From the NCBI GenBank assembly GCA_030295235.1, contig AP026141.1, positions 248,001 through 312,000 of the forward strand: 64,000 nucleotides of DNA, read 5' to 3'. Under the pieces are notes generated by a model. The model had not been told where the DNA came from and searched no databases. It worked only from the letters and a program-made list of their open reading frames with translations. The number at the start of each line of letters is the position of its first letter. Within the stretch, counting starts at the first letter, position 1. Positions 34,185-47,725 of this stretch are shown here, one piece after another. Position numbers and translations under genes: made by a program. The DNA comes from Fistulifera solaris (taxonomy: Eukaryota).

Positions 34185-35800
34185 TCATGACTGCTCTATC
34201 TTCGGTTTACTCGTAACAGGTTTTGCCGCTAAAGAAAAACAAAGAGCACTTGACAGGTAGCCAAAGCAAACACCAGAAGAAAGTAAAGCTGACAGCTCGT
34301 CGCTGTTTGTACCACCGGATCGACCGTAAAGGTATCCTAATACACTTGGGGCTAAGTTTCCAACCGCACCCGTCAAAGTGAACATACCTTGGGCTGTACC
34401 TCCAACATTTGATCCAACCGCCGCTTGTAACGTGCTTATTGTTGGCCCAAACCAGCATTCAGCCACCTTAATTGAATAGATGTCAGTTTTTTTTTGCGCA
34501 ATCAGACGTGATAAGCGAAATGCCGTTGCCGAACACTTACTAAATATTCAACGGCAAGCCAAGCCATAGCGGACTCGAATGGTATGTCTGGCTGTACTGC
34601 TAGAAACCATGCCGGTGCTGCTACTATCGAGCCGATAACTGGCACCCACATCCGAACTCCCCCGTTGTCTTGCACCTCTTGTTCGGATGCGCGAGATGAA
34701 AGCCAATCAGCAGTTGCCCCACCCAGAATTCCGCTCATAGACGCTATGCCAGCACTAATAAGAGCCTGGGCAACCGCGTATTCTGTTTGAAAGTCGCTAA
34801 ATTCCATTCGAAAGAAAGGAGCTGCCCACACTCCGATGCAAAGACCCGAAGAAAAACGGAGAAAGCTGCCCAAGAAAATCCATCTGGCGCGCTCGGAGGA
34901 AAGGACGGACGCTATATCCGATCCAATTTGTGAAAACGGATCGTCTGAATCAGTTTTAAGTGAAATGCTTTCTTCTTTTGAATTCAAATGCTTCTCTTGA
35001 TTTCGTTCCGTATCATCATCTAATAAGAAAACGGTCAACGCTGTTGCAAGAACACCAAAGCCACCCACCACGTCAAGAGACGATCGCCAGCCGACCGACT
35101 CGTCCAGTAACAATGTCAATGACGACAATCCACTCGCGAGCGCCACTCCCGTCCCATAAATCGACGACGCAGTCGCTTGTCGATCTCGAGTGACACGGTC
35201 ACGCAGCAGCGTGTAAGCGGTCGGTGTCGAAAAGGCACACGCCAATCCCATCAACACGCGACATCCCAGAACCAGTTGAAACGAATCCGCCAACGAGGTC
35301 CCAATGGTGGCAGCCGACCACACGAAAGCCGACGCTATGGTCAATTGCTTCCGATTGAAGCGATCTGCCGCGATACCCGCACCCAAGGAAGCTACCGCAA
35401 ACAACGCCGTGAACGCCAAGGAAGCCAACAGACCGTATTGCACCTGACTGAATCCAATGTCCACATTCATTGCCGAAAAAGCCTGGGCGTCGGCGGAAAA
35501 ATCCACCAGATAATACAGTGATGATCGGCTCCATTGATTGGATATATATACGAACCAGAGAGGTAAACAGCACTTCCAAAACCACGAGATCGATGGTTCT
35601 GGTGTGTTGTCGTTCTTGCTGACTTGTAAACGCGTGTGCGGCCCTTTCGAAACGTGTTCGGCTCGATCTGACAAATACAAAAAGTCTTTTCCCTTTGTAA
35701 CAAGAGAAGGATATGTAGTTATCCTAGACCGAGGAACGAAGGCATTAACATGAGATCCGATGAGGAACACGCCCCACAAACCAAGCACAGAAGATTTCAT
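34185..35800 (-). CDS. Plastid-targeted MFS transporter (Spinster-like)
   Basis: Presequence VNA-FVP; MFS motif A GIAADRFNRK; about 12 TM; intron 34467-34540. Confidence 0.88.
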
Positions 35801-36223
35801 GAGTCAATATTACTCAATAGCTTGTGGAGGATGAGGAATACGAATCGGTCTGCTCTTCCTTCTGTTGTTAGCAATGGATTGTCTCTATCGGCGTCTTTGT
35901 TATCTAAATACCATTGTCGTTTGATTGCAATTGATTTATGAAATATTTTTGCAGCGATATCTTTTCTTAGCAGTCCCGATTGTTCGTGAACGAGCTAACT
36001 AGAGCTAAATCCGTCACAGAAAGAAAAAAATCGTTTGAAGCCATGGTTCTACCGATTTACGGAGTAGTAGGTTTAATGACAAGCTTAGTCAATAACTGCA
36101 GCTTGTTGTCGATGAACACACCAATCAGATAATTGAGACTACGTAATAATTACAAAAACAACATGAACTATAACCACGACCCATTTAAATGGCGAAACCG
36201 GTAACTGAATCGACACTCGCTGC

Positions 36224-37989
36224 TCAATCTTCCTTATCTTCACCCTTACGTTCCATGTTGCGCCATTTATCCTTGATTTGCACGGTCGTGCGATTACGAA
36301 GTATCTCGGCGTACTCATTTTTGATTTCAGCCCAACATCCCTTACCAAACTTTGCGACGCCTTTCTTCAAAGCGCCTATTTCACGATCCGACCAAGGACG
36401 ACGCTTTTTCACTCTTCCGTCGGCGGTATAGACGTCGGCGTCGGGTTCGGCTCCTCGATAAATTTTCACATACATCTTCTTTCGCGGTGGCAGGCCGCTT
36501 AATTCCAAGGGCCCGACTTCCTCTTGCTCGTCGTCTTCCACAATCTCATCTTCTTCTTCGTTCCCATTGTCACCATGTTGTTCGTCCTCCTCGTGATTAC
36601 TTCCTTCACGGACATGAACATCACGAACGGGGACATCTTTCGCACGGCTTCCTTCGTCACGGACACGAGCCCCTCTGGCCTGTGCGGCGATTCGGCGACT
36701 CTCTTCCAAAGGATCGTCGCCGTGATACTTGTTCAGTATCTCGCGTTTTCGTTTGAGAGCTTGTAATCTACGTTCGGACGCATTGCGGGCGACGTCAGTC
36801 GAATCCGAATCGTTATCACCATCCGCCATGCGATACTTCTTTTCACCAGAAACGGTATATCACCAAAAATTTCCCTGTTCCATTCTTGAAGAAGTTTTTC
36901 TGCCATTTCCTGCAAATAATTCAACGAAAAGTACTTTGTTTGGAGTATTTCCTTTAGCTCCGTCCATGGCTTGAGCTTAGCTCGACTGTTGAGACTTTCG
37001 GCGTCAAACAAGCTCAAGACTACCTCGTCGACGCCCTCATATCTAGTGCCTTCCAAGAATTCACTGATGAATAAGGAGAAAATAAATGTGAGAACACAAT
37101 CAATTAACAGAGAGACCAAGCCAAAGCGTGGCTACGTACAGAACATCATCAATATCGACTTGACGGACTCGGGGTTCCTTCTGATGCGCCACGGCATCCT
37201 CCAATCGCTCTCGAATGGGAGCAACAGCTTCCTGAATCTCAAATCGTTTCTGAAGGCGGTCGTGGCTTCCTTTGAAAAGCTTCTCACTCTCCCACTGGGG
37301 GTTGATGTCGTCGGGGCGACAAAGCTTTCGTACCGCCGCATCGTCCAGGTAAAAGTTGAACTTATTCTTTGTATCGTTTCGAATGGCCAAATCCCGCAAA
37401 TCCTTGAACTCTTTCTTGATTTGTGACCAGTTGTAGCGGCTTAGAGAAGTCATGGGCATGATGCTTACTCCGACATCGTCGTCGTCATCATCATCGGAAG
37501 GAAGCGGATACGGGCTTCCAATGCAAGTCCCAAAGACGCAGTGCGTGAGAAGAAAGCGAGCGTATAAGCTTCCAAAGTGATGGTCTTTCATGGGATGAAT
37601 ATCCCAAAATTCCTGTGACGACAATTAGCGTTACCAGGTAATCAGAAAAAGTATCGCGACAGCAACGATCAAGATTACGAAAAGGGCTTACCTGAAATGT
37701 ACTTAAAATTTCGAGGCGTTCCTCGCGCTCGGACATGAGCAGCCTTTCGGCATAGTATTCTAGCATGTCAGTTAAGCTTCCAATGAACTCATCACTCTTC
37801 GGCGTTTCTTTACGAACTTCTTTTTCGCGCTCATTGTCACTTTGTGAGGGTGACGATTCCGAATAGTAATTGATTTTGGAGGGCGAGGTAGCCTCTTGCT
37901 TGCGGGGAGATCGTCGTAAGGGTGGCTTTTTCTTTTTCTTGCTTCGATGGGCTCTTTTTCGGGCTCTTCTTGGGGGTGGGTTTCGCCAT
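36224..37989 (-). CDS. Protein with C-terminal telobox-type Myb/SANT domain (TRF-like)
   Basis: KKRRPWSDREIGALKKGVAKFGKGCWAEI...RTTVQIKDKWRNM; upstream ORFs 36733-38141 likely join through introns or indels. Confidence 0.7.
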
Positions 37990-38496
37990 TGTAGCGATGA
38001 GGTTGTCTTGTAAATCTCGGTGACCGCAACCCTAACAACAGAAAATGGCAACCTCTTAGGGTACCGAATGGGGTCGCAATGATGAACGCAGCGGGCATCA
38101 TTATTTGTTTTCACAACCGTGAAGAGTTCGCAAACGGCCACTTTGCACGAAGGACGTCACACCATATTTAGGAAACGTCCAAGAGTGTCTTTACCATACA
38201 GTCACTTAGGATAAACAAATTCGTAAATAGAGAGTTAAAGGGTTAACTTGTTAAATGATAAACTTGTAATATTCGACTATAATATTTACTGTAGGCTCGC
38301 GAACTGTCATTTCCTTCGTGATGATATTCATTCGTGACGTCAAGCGACGTACGCACCCCAGACTGACTTGCTGGCGTCGAAAGCGTGAACGAAAACCCTT
38401 AAATCCGACTGAAGTAGCAAAAATAGATCGCATCGTCGATCGCGAAGAATGCAAGAGGTTATCAAGGCAAACAACAATAAGGGAAACGAAACAGTT

Positions 38497-39510
38497 ATGA
38501 ATGACATAGATCGGCAACCACGGAGGACTTTGAATACGCCGCTGTCGCTCGACTCGATTCATCAAGGACGTGTCGTCCGGATCGAAGATTATGGCGCGTT
38601 CGTACAGATCGGCGATCGGCGGGGGCTAGTTCACATTAGTCAGTTGGCTTCCATGAGAGTCGAAAAGGCGACAGATGTTGTCGAATTGAATGATCATGTA
38701 TGGGTGAAGGTAATTGACGTGGAAGTGGCGGAAGGAGGACGCGACAAGTTACGTTTGACCATGAAGAATGTACCCCAAGATGGCACAGCTGTTGAAGCGC
38801 AAGAGTCGGAACGACGTGCTCACGGATTATCCAAGGGAATCGAGCAGAATTTGAACTCGACAATAGGTATAGCCGTGGCTCGGGATCCAATGGCAAAAGG
38901 TCTCATTCTTAAGCAGTCGGGTGCACCAGCAAGAATCATAAATGGATACGCTCTGTTAGACGATGAGGAAGAAGAAGACCTTACGCCTTCCAACGTGTTG
39001 GCAGGGGAGCCAAAAGACAATTTTAAAGACAAGGTCACTGAAGTCAAACCAATAGGAAGGGGGCGTGGGGCAACTTTACCAGCCTGGATGGTTGCAAGTC
39101 AAGCGAAGAAAGAGTCCGACGGCCATAAGAATCAATCCGATCGATCCAAGAAGAGCGACAAGAAAAAGAAACGAAAAAAGGAAAAGAGCCGTGAATCGAA
39201 GAAGCAATCAAAAACAAGTCGGAAGAAAAGGCAAAGATCAGAGAGCACCGACAGCAGTGATTCATACAGGAAAGATGGAGATCGTAGAAGAGGCTCGTCC
39301 AAGCGTAATGATCGAAGACGGTATTCTAGCAGTTCTGATAGCTCAGCTGACGACGCGCAAAGTGGATCTGACCGACATCGCCACCACTCGAGTCAGAAAC
39401 GCCGACATGATGATACCTATGGTCGAGAACGAAAGTCGCAGCCGTTTGGCAGTGTTGACGATGCCAGACGTTTTGTGGAGCAAATGGAAGAGAGAAAAAA
39501 GTCTTGGTAA
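38497..39510 (+). CDS. S1 RNA-binding domain protein with Lys/Arg/Ser-rich tail
   Basis: GRVVRIEDYGAFVQI...GLVHISQL...VWVKVI; GRGRGATLPAWM. Confidence 0.85.
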   Translation: MNDIDRQPRRTLNTPLSLDSIHQGRVVRIEDYGAFVQIGDRRGLVHISQLASMRVEKATDVVELNDHVWVKVIDVEVAEGGRDKLRLTMKNVPQDGTAVEAQESERRAHGLSKGIEQNLNSTIGIAVARDPMAKGLILKQSGAPARIINGYALLDDEEEEDLTPSNVLAGEPKDNFKDKVTEVKPIGRGRGATLPAWMVASQAKKESDGHKNQSDRSKKSDKKKKRKKEKSRESKKQSKTSRKKRQRSESTDSSDSYRKDGDRRRGSSKRNDRRRYSSSSDSSADDAQSGSDRHRHHSSQKRRHDDTYGRERKSQPFGSVDDARRFVEQMEERKKSW

Positions 39511-39594
39511 AAGCGGGGCTACATAAGATGATTATAAAGAACTGGGACAGGTCCACAAAATCATCCCAAAGACTCTTGATTCATGTACACATTT

Positions 39595-42500
39595 TTAGCG
39601 AAAGTTGAATGAAACGTCGTTTTTGAACGACTGAAGTGTGATCTTACTGGCGCTTGCAGTCTTGTTGCGAACGCGTCGGCGAGACTGATTTTGGCGCTCG
39701 CTCGAAGGAGCACCCAAAGTCTGGCTTGCGTGACTCTCACTGTGTCGGCGTTTGGACGACTCTTTCAGGCTACCAGTCGCTTTCAGTTCCGTTGATAGTG
39801 GACGGGTCTCCTCATGATAATAGGCTTCTTTGTGTCCCTTCTCCGCTGGCTGCATCATGCTTCGCTCCTTCGAAGAAAGACGGTTGTGTTTGTATGACTC
39901 CTTTGAAATGCCGTTCGCTTTAGGCTCCTTCGATCGTGGACGAGTCTCGTCTCGGTTCATGACTTCCTTGTGTTCCTCTTTCGCCGAATTTGTGAAGTTG
40001 CTCTCCTTTCTGTGTTTGGACGACTCTTTTGGCTTGCCAGTCGCTTTCAACTCTTTTGATCGTGGTCGGACCTCTTCTCGATTCATGGCTTCCTTGTGTC
40101 CCTTCTTCTCCGACTGAATGGTGCTGTGCTCCTTTGAAGCCAAACTCTGGTTTTTGGAAGAAGTATTTGTCTTACTTGTGGAGATATCGATGAACATCGG
40201 AAGAGAATCCGAAGTTTTCTCTGGTGCAGCAGTGTTATCAGGGACTTTAGTAGACCAATGCTTTGTGGTTTGAGTTGCAGATTTCCGACGGTCGACCTCA
40301 GCAATGGATTTTGGATTGGCCGTGGTCGTCTGTATGTCATCTCCGACAGACTCCTTGTGCTTTGATTTGAACTTCTCGGTTTCCTTACCAAGTTTTCCTA
40401 GTTCAAGAGACAAGTCTGAAATCGTTGGACTTGCCTTGGTTCCAGAAACATCTCGTGCTGGGTGGCGATCGACATTCTTTCGCGAATCTTGCATGTGGCG
40501 ATCCTTTGGCATCGAAGTTTTCGGTTGCTTTGACGAGGATGCATCTCGACGCGATGCCTTGCTTGGCTTGTGCTGTACACCGCTTGTTGAAACGCTATTC
40601 TTGGTTCGTTTCTTCTGTTCACTCTTGTGACGCGATCTCTTGTCTGAGTTGCCCCAATGCACTTTCTTCTCCGAAGACGTAGTGACCTTTGGCATCTCGT
40701 CAGCAGACTGCACAGAATCCTCTTCAAAAATACTGCTTTTGTCTTTTGCATTATTTGGGTCACGGATTGATTTTTGACCATCGAAACTTGCCCGAGTGAA
40801 GGCGCTCAATAGCTCTCGAGGTCGGGCTGCGCTCTCGAGGCCCTTCTCTTCTACTTTGTTCTGTACCCCCACATTCTTGTTCCGCTGTGCGAGGCTTCTT
40901 CGACTTTGACTGCTCTGTTTCGAGGCGCATCTTCCGCTTCTCTCGATGACGGCGTTGGCGCTCTTCTTCGGCTTCCGCTGCCTTTTTGCTCCGCTGGTAC
41001 TCCTCTTCCTTTCGCTTGGCCGATGCTTTCAAAGCTTTACTCATTTTCTGAGCTGACTTGATGCGGTCGTCACAGTGCTCCACCACCGGTCGAAGATAGT
41101 GCTTCGCAATCGTCTCGAAGTCTCTTTCTTTGGAGATGTCGGTGATTCGTATGCCTTGAAGAATAGGATGTTCTGTAACGCAACAATGGGTGCAAGATTA
41201 GAAGGAGTGATGTCATCCGGAACGAAGATAGAAGACGTACCATCGATTAGCTGTGCGATCGCTGCCTTAAATTCAAGAGACGACTCAATCTTTTGTCGCC
41301 CGTCGTCGCCGAAGCTCGCAACTCGTGTTTCAAGATCAGTCAGCTCGTTGTTCTTAGCTGCTTCCTTAGCGCGAAGTGAACGGTTTTTCTTCTTCTCAGC
41401 TTTTAGTTCATCTTTCAAGGAGTCGACATCCGCTAACAGTCGGTCTATATCGTCTTGATGCTGGACTTCTGTTGCAGTGATGTCGTCCGTCGTCTTTTGG
41501 AGGCTCTCCTTGAGTTCAGTGAGGCGCAATTCGCCATTTGCAATGTCTGCACCGATGTCGTCCCGCTCTTTTTGGAGTGATAAACTTCGCTGCTGCTTGA
41601 TATTCTTTTCTTCCTCGTAGGTCTTTTCCAGGCTGAAACTTCGCTGCGCTTCGTATCCAACTTATCAATCCACTCCTTGTACTCGCTCTGTCGACGCGCC
41701 TCGCGCTCTTTCGCTTCTGCGAGACCCATTTTCTTTTCCGCAACAGACTTCTGGGTTCTTTCAGTATCAGTTCGCACGTTTGAGAGCTGTGTTCGAATAG
41801 CGGCCATTTCCTCTTTGACGCTATTACTGGAGTTCTGTTCATCTTCAAGAGACTGCTGTTCAGCTTCAATCGACTCTTGGATACGAGCGAAATTTGCGTA
41901 GATGCCATTTGCTCCTCCCGACTCAAGCTGTGCCACTTCCTTCAACGCAGCGATTTTCCGCTCTACGACTTTGATTGTCTCCACTTGCTTCTTGATCTCG
42001 GATTGCTCAGTGTGTGCTTGTTGATTCATCTGCAACAAAGACTCCTTGTGGGATTCCGTCAATTTCTCTTCATGATCTACCGCAGCTTTGCGTTGAGTCG
42101 CTACATCCTCAATTTGCTTTCGCAGCGAAACCATCTGTTCCTTTACGTTGGTCGAGACCTGTAGCTGCTCGTCGATTTCGATCCGCAGTTTCATCTGTTC
42201 CGCCCGCAAAGGTACACTTTCTCCCGCAATTTTCTGAGTCATCAATATCTTTTCGTCGCGCGCTTGACGGAGATTCTTTTCTTGGCTTTGAATCGTTTCA
42301 TACTCTGTCGTTAATGTCATGAAATAAGCATTTTCCTGTCCGATCTTGCTTTTTAGAAGAGTCAATATCTCACGTAGCTTGACAAGATGCAACCGATTCC
42401 CCCCTATGGTGACACAAGAGCCGGCGCTTTGCTTCGATTGCTTGATGCAGCATTCTCTCGAAGACATCAATGTCTTTATTCGCTTTTGCTGCTTTGTGTT

Positions 42501-43008
42501 TCGCGCTCCCCATCAAGCGCTGGGCCATGGAAAGCTTCTCGCTGAGATCTTTTTGGAAGGCGCGATCCTGGCCGTGCTGATAGTTGAGCTTGCGGAGCTT
42601 CTCCTCGCAGGCCGTATACTGCTCCATTCTGCGCTGCTTGACGAGTCTAGCTTGATCAAGCTGTCGCTGTCCTTCTTGTTGCTGCTCGTGTAGAATCTGT
42701 AGATCGTTCATCACTGTGCAAAGAGAAAGACATTCATTTCAGATGAAACGTCGTTTTCGAATAATAATGTGCGTTCTCAACGACGTACCTTCTTTCATCG
42801 TCAAACTATGCATTTGCTCCTTCTGAACGTGTGCAGCAGTAGGTTGCGGACGCTGAATCTGAACCAAGGATTGCCCGCCACCGCCGGACGTGCCCAGTTC
42901 TCTGCGGCCAAAGTTTGATGCCGACTGCCGCAGCGCTGGAAATGATCCACCCGGTCGATTTCCGAGTGGTTTCTTTCGATTCATATCATTCCGTAAGAGA
43001 AAGGACAT
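39595..43008 (-). CDS. Large coiled-coil protein with basic disordered C-terminus
   Basis: Chain of same-strand E/K/Q-rich ORFs linked by an intron (about 42716-42788) and apparent indels. Confidence 0.65.
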
Positions 43009-43160
43009 TTTTCATAAACGATTTTGACGTGTAAAGGTGGCTGAGAGGTAAAATAAATGCTTTCTTTTCAATGGATGCGACGCAAGAAGAAGTGTGGCTT
43101 TTGTGTCAATGATTTTGTTGCAAAGACGAAAAAGGCGCAAAAAGAAAAAAAAATAAGCAA

Positions 43161-43190
43161 TGACAAGATGTCACGTGACGTCATTGACGG
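43161..43190. promoter_or_regulatory. Overlapping G-box (GTCACGTGAC) and CRE-like (TGACGTCA) palindromes in a divergent promoter
   Basis: TGACAAGATGTCACGTGACGTCATTGACG lies between the starts at 43008 (-) and 43488 (+). Confidence 0.4.
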
Positions 43191-43487
43191 ATCCAATATA
43201 ATATTCTGAGTACCGTACTGTCTCACTGCGACGATTGCCTCACGACTGAGAAAACGCGCGAAGAGCGATCGTTTCCGACGTTTTCGTTTCGAAAAAAAAA
43301 ACTGGTCGCATACACTGGTGTGCATCAAAATGAAGAGCAGCGTTTCTTTATGAAAACGCCGAAGCAGTTTACAAAATCATGGGTCGACCATCCACGAAAG
43401 GAGGACACAATGTTCTCACAATTCGGTGGAGCCCCCGAATAACACGAAAGAATTACAGCAAACAACATCATCGTCAAAAGAGAGATC

Positions 43488-44225
43488 ATGGAGCATTACA
43501 TCCTCGTCAAGCAAATGCTGTTGATGCAGATCAAAGACACCTGCGTTGCTGAACTCATGGAGCAAGTTGGATCGAGTCAAAGACCGACCGAGATACTCGC
43601 CAGCATTAAAGCAAGCAACCGCCGTGACATTCACTCGAGCAGCCGAGGTCACTCCGAGAGCTTGTGCGATATGGAGCTGTCTTTGGATGACTCCAGCAGC
43701 GTGTCTTCCGACATTTCATTAACAAGCCCCGGGGAGTCACTAGATGTCTCCTACGTACGCGGTTACAATTACGATCTCCGTGATTACACGGAAGCCAAAC
43801 GCAAACATTCCTTGACGATTTACGTCTTTAGCAAGAATCGTCGTGCGGGTGAGTCGCTCTGGTTCCGCATCTGGCACAACGAATGCGATGATTTTCGTGA
43901 TGTTGAAGAAACAGAGATTTTCGACTATACTCAGCGTCTGATTGAGCTCGATCCGTCTCATTGCTTCTACGTCAAGACGATTGGATGCGGCGGCTACGAA
44001 TTCATTGAAATCTACGAGTCGGACCTCATCGATCGTGCTCTGCGTAATATCCTCGAGCGAGCAAAAGACCGAAATAATATCTTTCTTCCAAGCATCGAAA
44101 GGTTGACACGTGAACGATTGCGAGAGGAAAAACGGGAGAAAAGACGAGAACGCATGCAAAACAAAAAGGGAAAGCGAGGCTTCTGGGGCTTTGGCTTCTT
44201 GGGTTTGAAGAACATATCAGCTTAA
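43488..44225 (+). CDS. Hypothetical protein
   Basis: 245-aa ATG-initiated ORF with coding-like composition; no family recognised. Confidence 0.6.
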   Translation: MEHYILVKQMLLMQIKDTCVAELMEQVGSSQRPTEILASIKASNRRDIHSSSRGHSESLCDMELSLDDSSSVSSDISLTSPGESLDVSYVRGYNYDLRDYTEAKRKHSLTIYVFSKNRRAGESLWFRIWHNECDDFRDVEETEIFDYTQRLIELDPSHCFYVKTIGCGGYEFIEIYESDLIDRALRNILERAKDRNNIFLPSIERLTRERLREEKREKRRERMQNKKGKRGFWGFGFLGLKNISA

Positions 44226-44792
44226 AAATAAACAAGATCACCAAATAAAAAGAATAAGCGAATTAACTCATTGCATAGGCGGCATACTAAACAGAAAAGG
44301 TTCCATGACCATGACTTTTGGCATAATAGTTGTAACCTAGATACTCTCAGAGATGTCATCATGATCTCATCAAATATCTTTGTAATAGTCGATGTTCTGA
44401 GCAACATAGATAGAACCTAGCTTCAAATCTATCAAAGATAAGACCAGCTTCCACCTTGATTGCGACTGCTTTTATTAATCCGCGGACTCGATTGATCTGC
44501 TCGTCATTGCATAGCTGTTAATCATTTCAATGAGGCTACAAACTGCAGTTACGAGCATTCAGAACCCTTAAAGCGATCAAAAGGCTACGGCCATAGCTTC
44601 GCCGTTCTGCAAAACGAACTAAGATCACACCGGTTCTTGAAGTGAAAGCCCTATAGATTCTCGGTCAAGGCACATTTAAGTCACGGATCGCGCAAAGCGC
44701 AAAATAAACAGCGAGACGATGGCAAACAAATACGGAGTGTTGAAATTGAAAGAGGAGCCGTCACCTCTTTATTGAGTGTAAAACGCATAACG

Positions 44793-45549
44793 ATGAAACT
44801 GTCGTTGTGGTTAACTTTGTCTCTTTTGTTTCTGGATAGCAACGCCTTTGTCATGCGAGCCCGCAAGCCCCTTGCCTCTCTTTCTACAGACTCCGGTCGA
44901 TTGCATGCAAAAATGCAAGAAAAAGAACTACAAACGGAGCCGTTGCTGACTCAACGCCCGGATCCGTCGATATTGCTTTCCTCCAAAGACGACAATACGC
45001 AGCGATTGGGTTTCTTCGTCATTTTTGCGTCGGTATTATTGGGCACCGCGGGCTTTGTGCAAGTTCTCAATGGTCTCGAATCCATTTTGCCCACCGGCTG
45101 GTTTGCGACTTGGCGTAATTACACTTGGCCGATTCCCTTGGGCTTAATTTATTCCGTGGCCGGTGTTGCCCATTTCACCATGAAGAATAGTTTCGCCGCC
45201 ATTGTGCCGCCGCTGGGAACCTGGGGTGGTCTATGGATCGTTCCGGCACCCTTTTCCGAGAAGCTGGGTCTCTCCTATGCCGACTACCATACGTATTGGT
45301 CGGGCGTAGCCGAAATTGGATGTGGTGTAATGCTCATCGCAGGGGGGAGTAGGGGTACTTCCGGTGCAGATTCCGGCGTTTTTGCTGTTCTGTCTGACGA
45401 CAGCGGTAACACCGGCCAATATCTACATGGCCACTCACGATGTGCAAATGCCGGGAGCTCCTGCCGTACCGTATCCATCCGGTCACCTCATTCGCGGAGC
45501 CGCGCAATGCGTTCTTTTGGGGCTCTTTTGGAAGCTAGCTTTTCAATAA
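44793..45549 (+). CDS. Plastid-targeted DoxX-like membrane protein
   Basis: Presequence SNA-FV; AGVAHF...[22 protein letters not shown] after an indel near 45350. Confidence 0.75.
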
Positions 45550-45700
45550 GGAACACGTGCGGATAGACACATAAGCACGGTTCTTATTATTTACGAGTGA
45601 AGTAGGCCAGGCAACCTTCGTCAAAGCCGCTTGTTGAGCACCACCTGTAACTTTAAATTTACATAGCATTCTTTCTCGCGATATTCCCTTCGGTGGTTTC

Positions 45701-47725
45701 TTATGAAGCTTTACTTTTCGGGCAAGGAGTACAGCAATCGCATGACACCTTTTTCTTCGCATTGCAGTGGTCCGCTCGGATGGACAGTTGTTCGTTCCGT
45801 GTGGCGAGACCCGCCGTGCGTTTGACGCCAGTGTCTCTCTCCATGGCAGTAAAGCCCACAAGCTCGCAGATGGAAGCCGGAACCTGACCGGAGATTTCGT
45901 TCCCATCGATCAAAAGCTCGGTCAGGGCATCTCTCGACTGCCCGGGCTTAATATCCGGAAGTGTGCCATTTAGACGGTTGTTGCTCAAGTACAAGTCACG
46001 GAGCTTAGAACTGGTCAAATAGTTTCCAGGAATGGATCCTGTCAAAAAGTTATCGTTGAAGTACAGAGCGGAAATGGAGGGTATATCAAAGATTGTACGA
46101 GGAAGTTGTCCGGTGAAATAAGCATTCGAAAAGTCGGCGTATTCTAGCTTCTGAAAAGTACCAAACGCATCTGGAATGGAACCTGATAATGATGTTCCGT
46201 TCATTGACAGAATAACTAAGCGTCCGGCAAGACAACAGTGAGAGACCGAACTCTCAATGCACAACATAAGGAAGCATAGCGGGTTTTCAACGTACCGAGA
46301 TTAGAGAGACTCTTAAGCTCAGTAGGAATGGTTCCCTGGAATCCGTTGTCACCCAAACGAAGAGACTGAAGGCGCACAAGATTCCCGAGAGCGCTGCTGA
46401 TGGTTCCCGAGAACGTATTGTTTTCAATACGTAGGTCCACCAGGTTCGTATTGCCGTAAAACTCCTCGGGTATTGTCCCAGCCATCAAGTTATTAAATGC
46501 CAAGAAGTTGGTAAGATTCAACTTCCCAATTTCCGGTGGAATATTACCTGCGACCATATTATCGTAAAATACAAGGGATTCTGGGGTTGCATTGTGTGAC
46601 AAGACAAGCGTGAGCAAATGAGAGGGTGACAAAACAAAAAGCGATCCAATTTAAACGTACGAAGTTTGGTCGAATACATCAGAGACTTCGGAAGCGATCC
46701 TGTGATTTTGTTCCCAGCCACCCACAGCTTACGAAGTTCCGGAAGTGCATAGAAATCACTAATCATAGGACCAGTTAAATCGTTGTTGGAAACTTGATAG
46801 GATTCAAGCTGCGACCATTGCGATAATTTGTCGGGAAATGCTGGGCCCGTAAATTGGTTGTCCTCTAAATCTAGCAAGCGCAGTTCAGTCCATTCCACTA
46901 TCCCATTCGGCACCGTTCCCGACAAAGCGTTCTGATAGACACCAAACGATTCCATCGTATCGAGCAAACTTATCTCCTGGGGAAGTGTTCCTTGAAGATT
47001 ATTTTTGTCTGCGGAAGCATTTCATGCTGTAAGAACATTTTGACAAAGAGAATGCAAAGAAATCTCCCTGTATAACCACTCACCTAACGTAAGCTCAAAC
47101 ACTTTGTCTTCGAGATCACACGTGACTCCGTACCACGAACAATAGTTTTCATCCTTCAGCCAACCATCATTCTTGGTCCAATTGCTGCCGCCCGTCGCAT
47201 AGTAAAAGACCAATAACGAATACAGCTGAAGGGTCTGCGGCGGAGACCCGCAAGGATCCAAGGTACGCTTGAATGTAGTCAGCCACTGGAAGGCCTTACC
47301 TCGTGAGGTGGTAGGATCCTTCAAATTCGTCGTTGCGGCATTCTTGGACACGAGTTCCAACACCGCTTGGTTTTGAGGAAGCGACTCGCAAGTACTCGAC
47401 TCGCCAAAATCCATCGACATGGACATATCGTCTTCGGTTACCGATTCCTCCAGCATTTTCGACAAATCGTCGTGTACCGTCTCCAGCATGTGAGACAGAT
47501 CGTCACTACTACTTTGGCCGCCTTTCTTTTCATTTTTCGTGATGGGTGCGTTTCTATTGGAAACGAGTCCTGGTCTTCCCAAAAGTCGAGTGATGGCTTT
47601 GCATCATCATCTACTTTGAGATCATTTACGGAGATGGAATCTCTTCGTTTTCGCTGAAGTCCTTTGTCTTGACCGAAAACGATCGGAAGTAGAATCGGCC
47701 AGAAAAAGAAATTCCACCGTCTCAT
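45701..47725 (-). CDS. Secreted plant-type LRR protein (paralogue 1)
   Basis: Signal peptide, MSMSM, FYYATGGSNW...WL....CSWYGVTC cap, LxxNxLxGxIP repeats, C-terminal CDCC; three introns. Confidence 0.88.
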
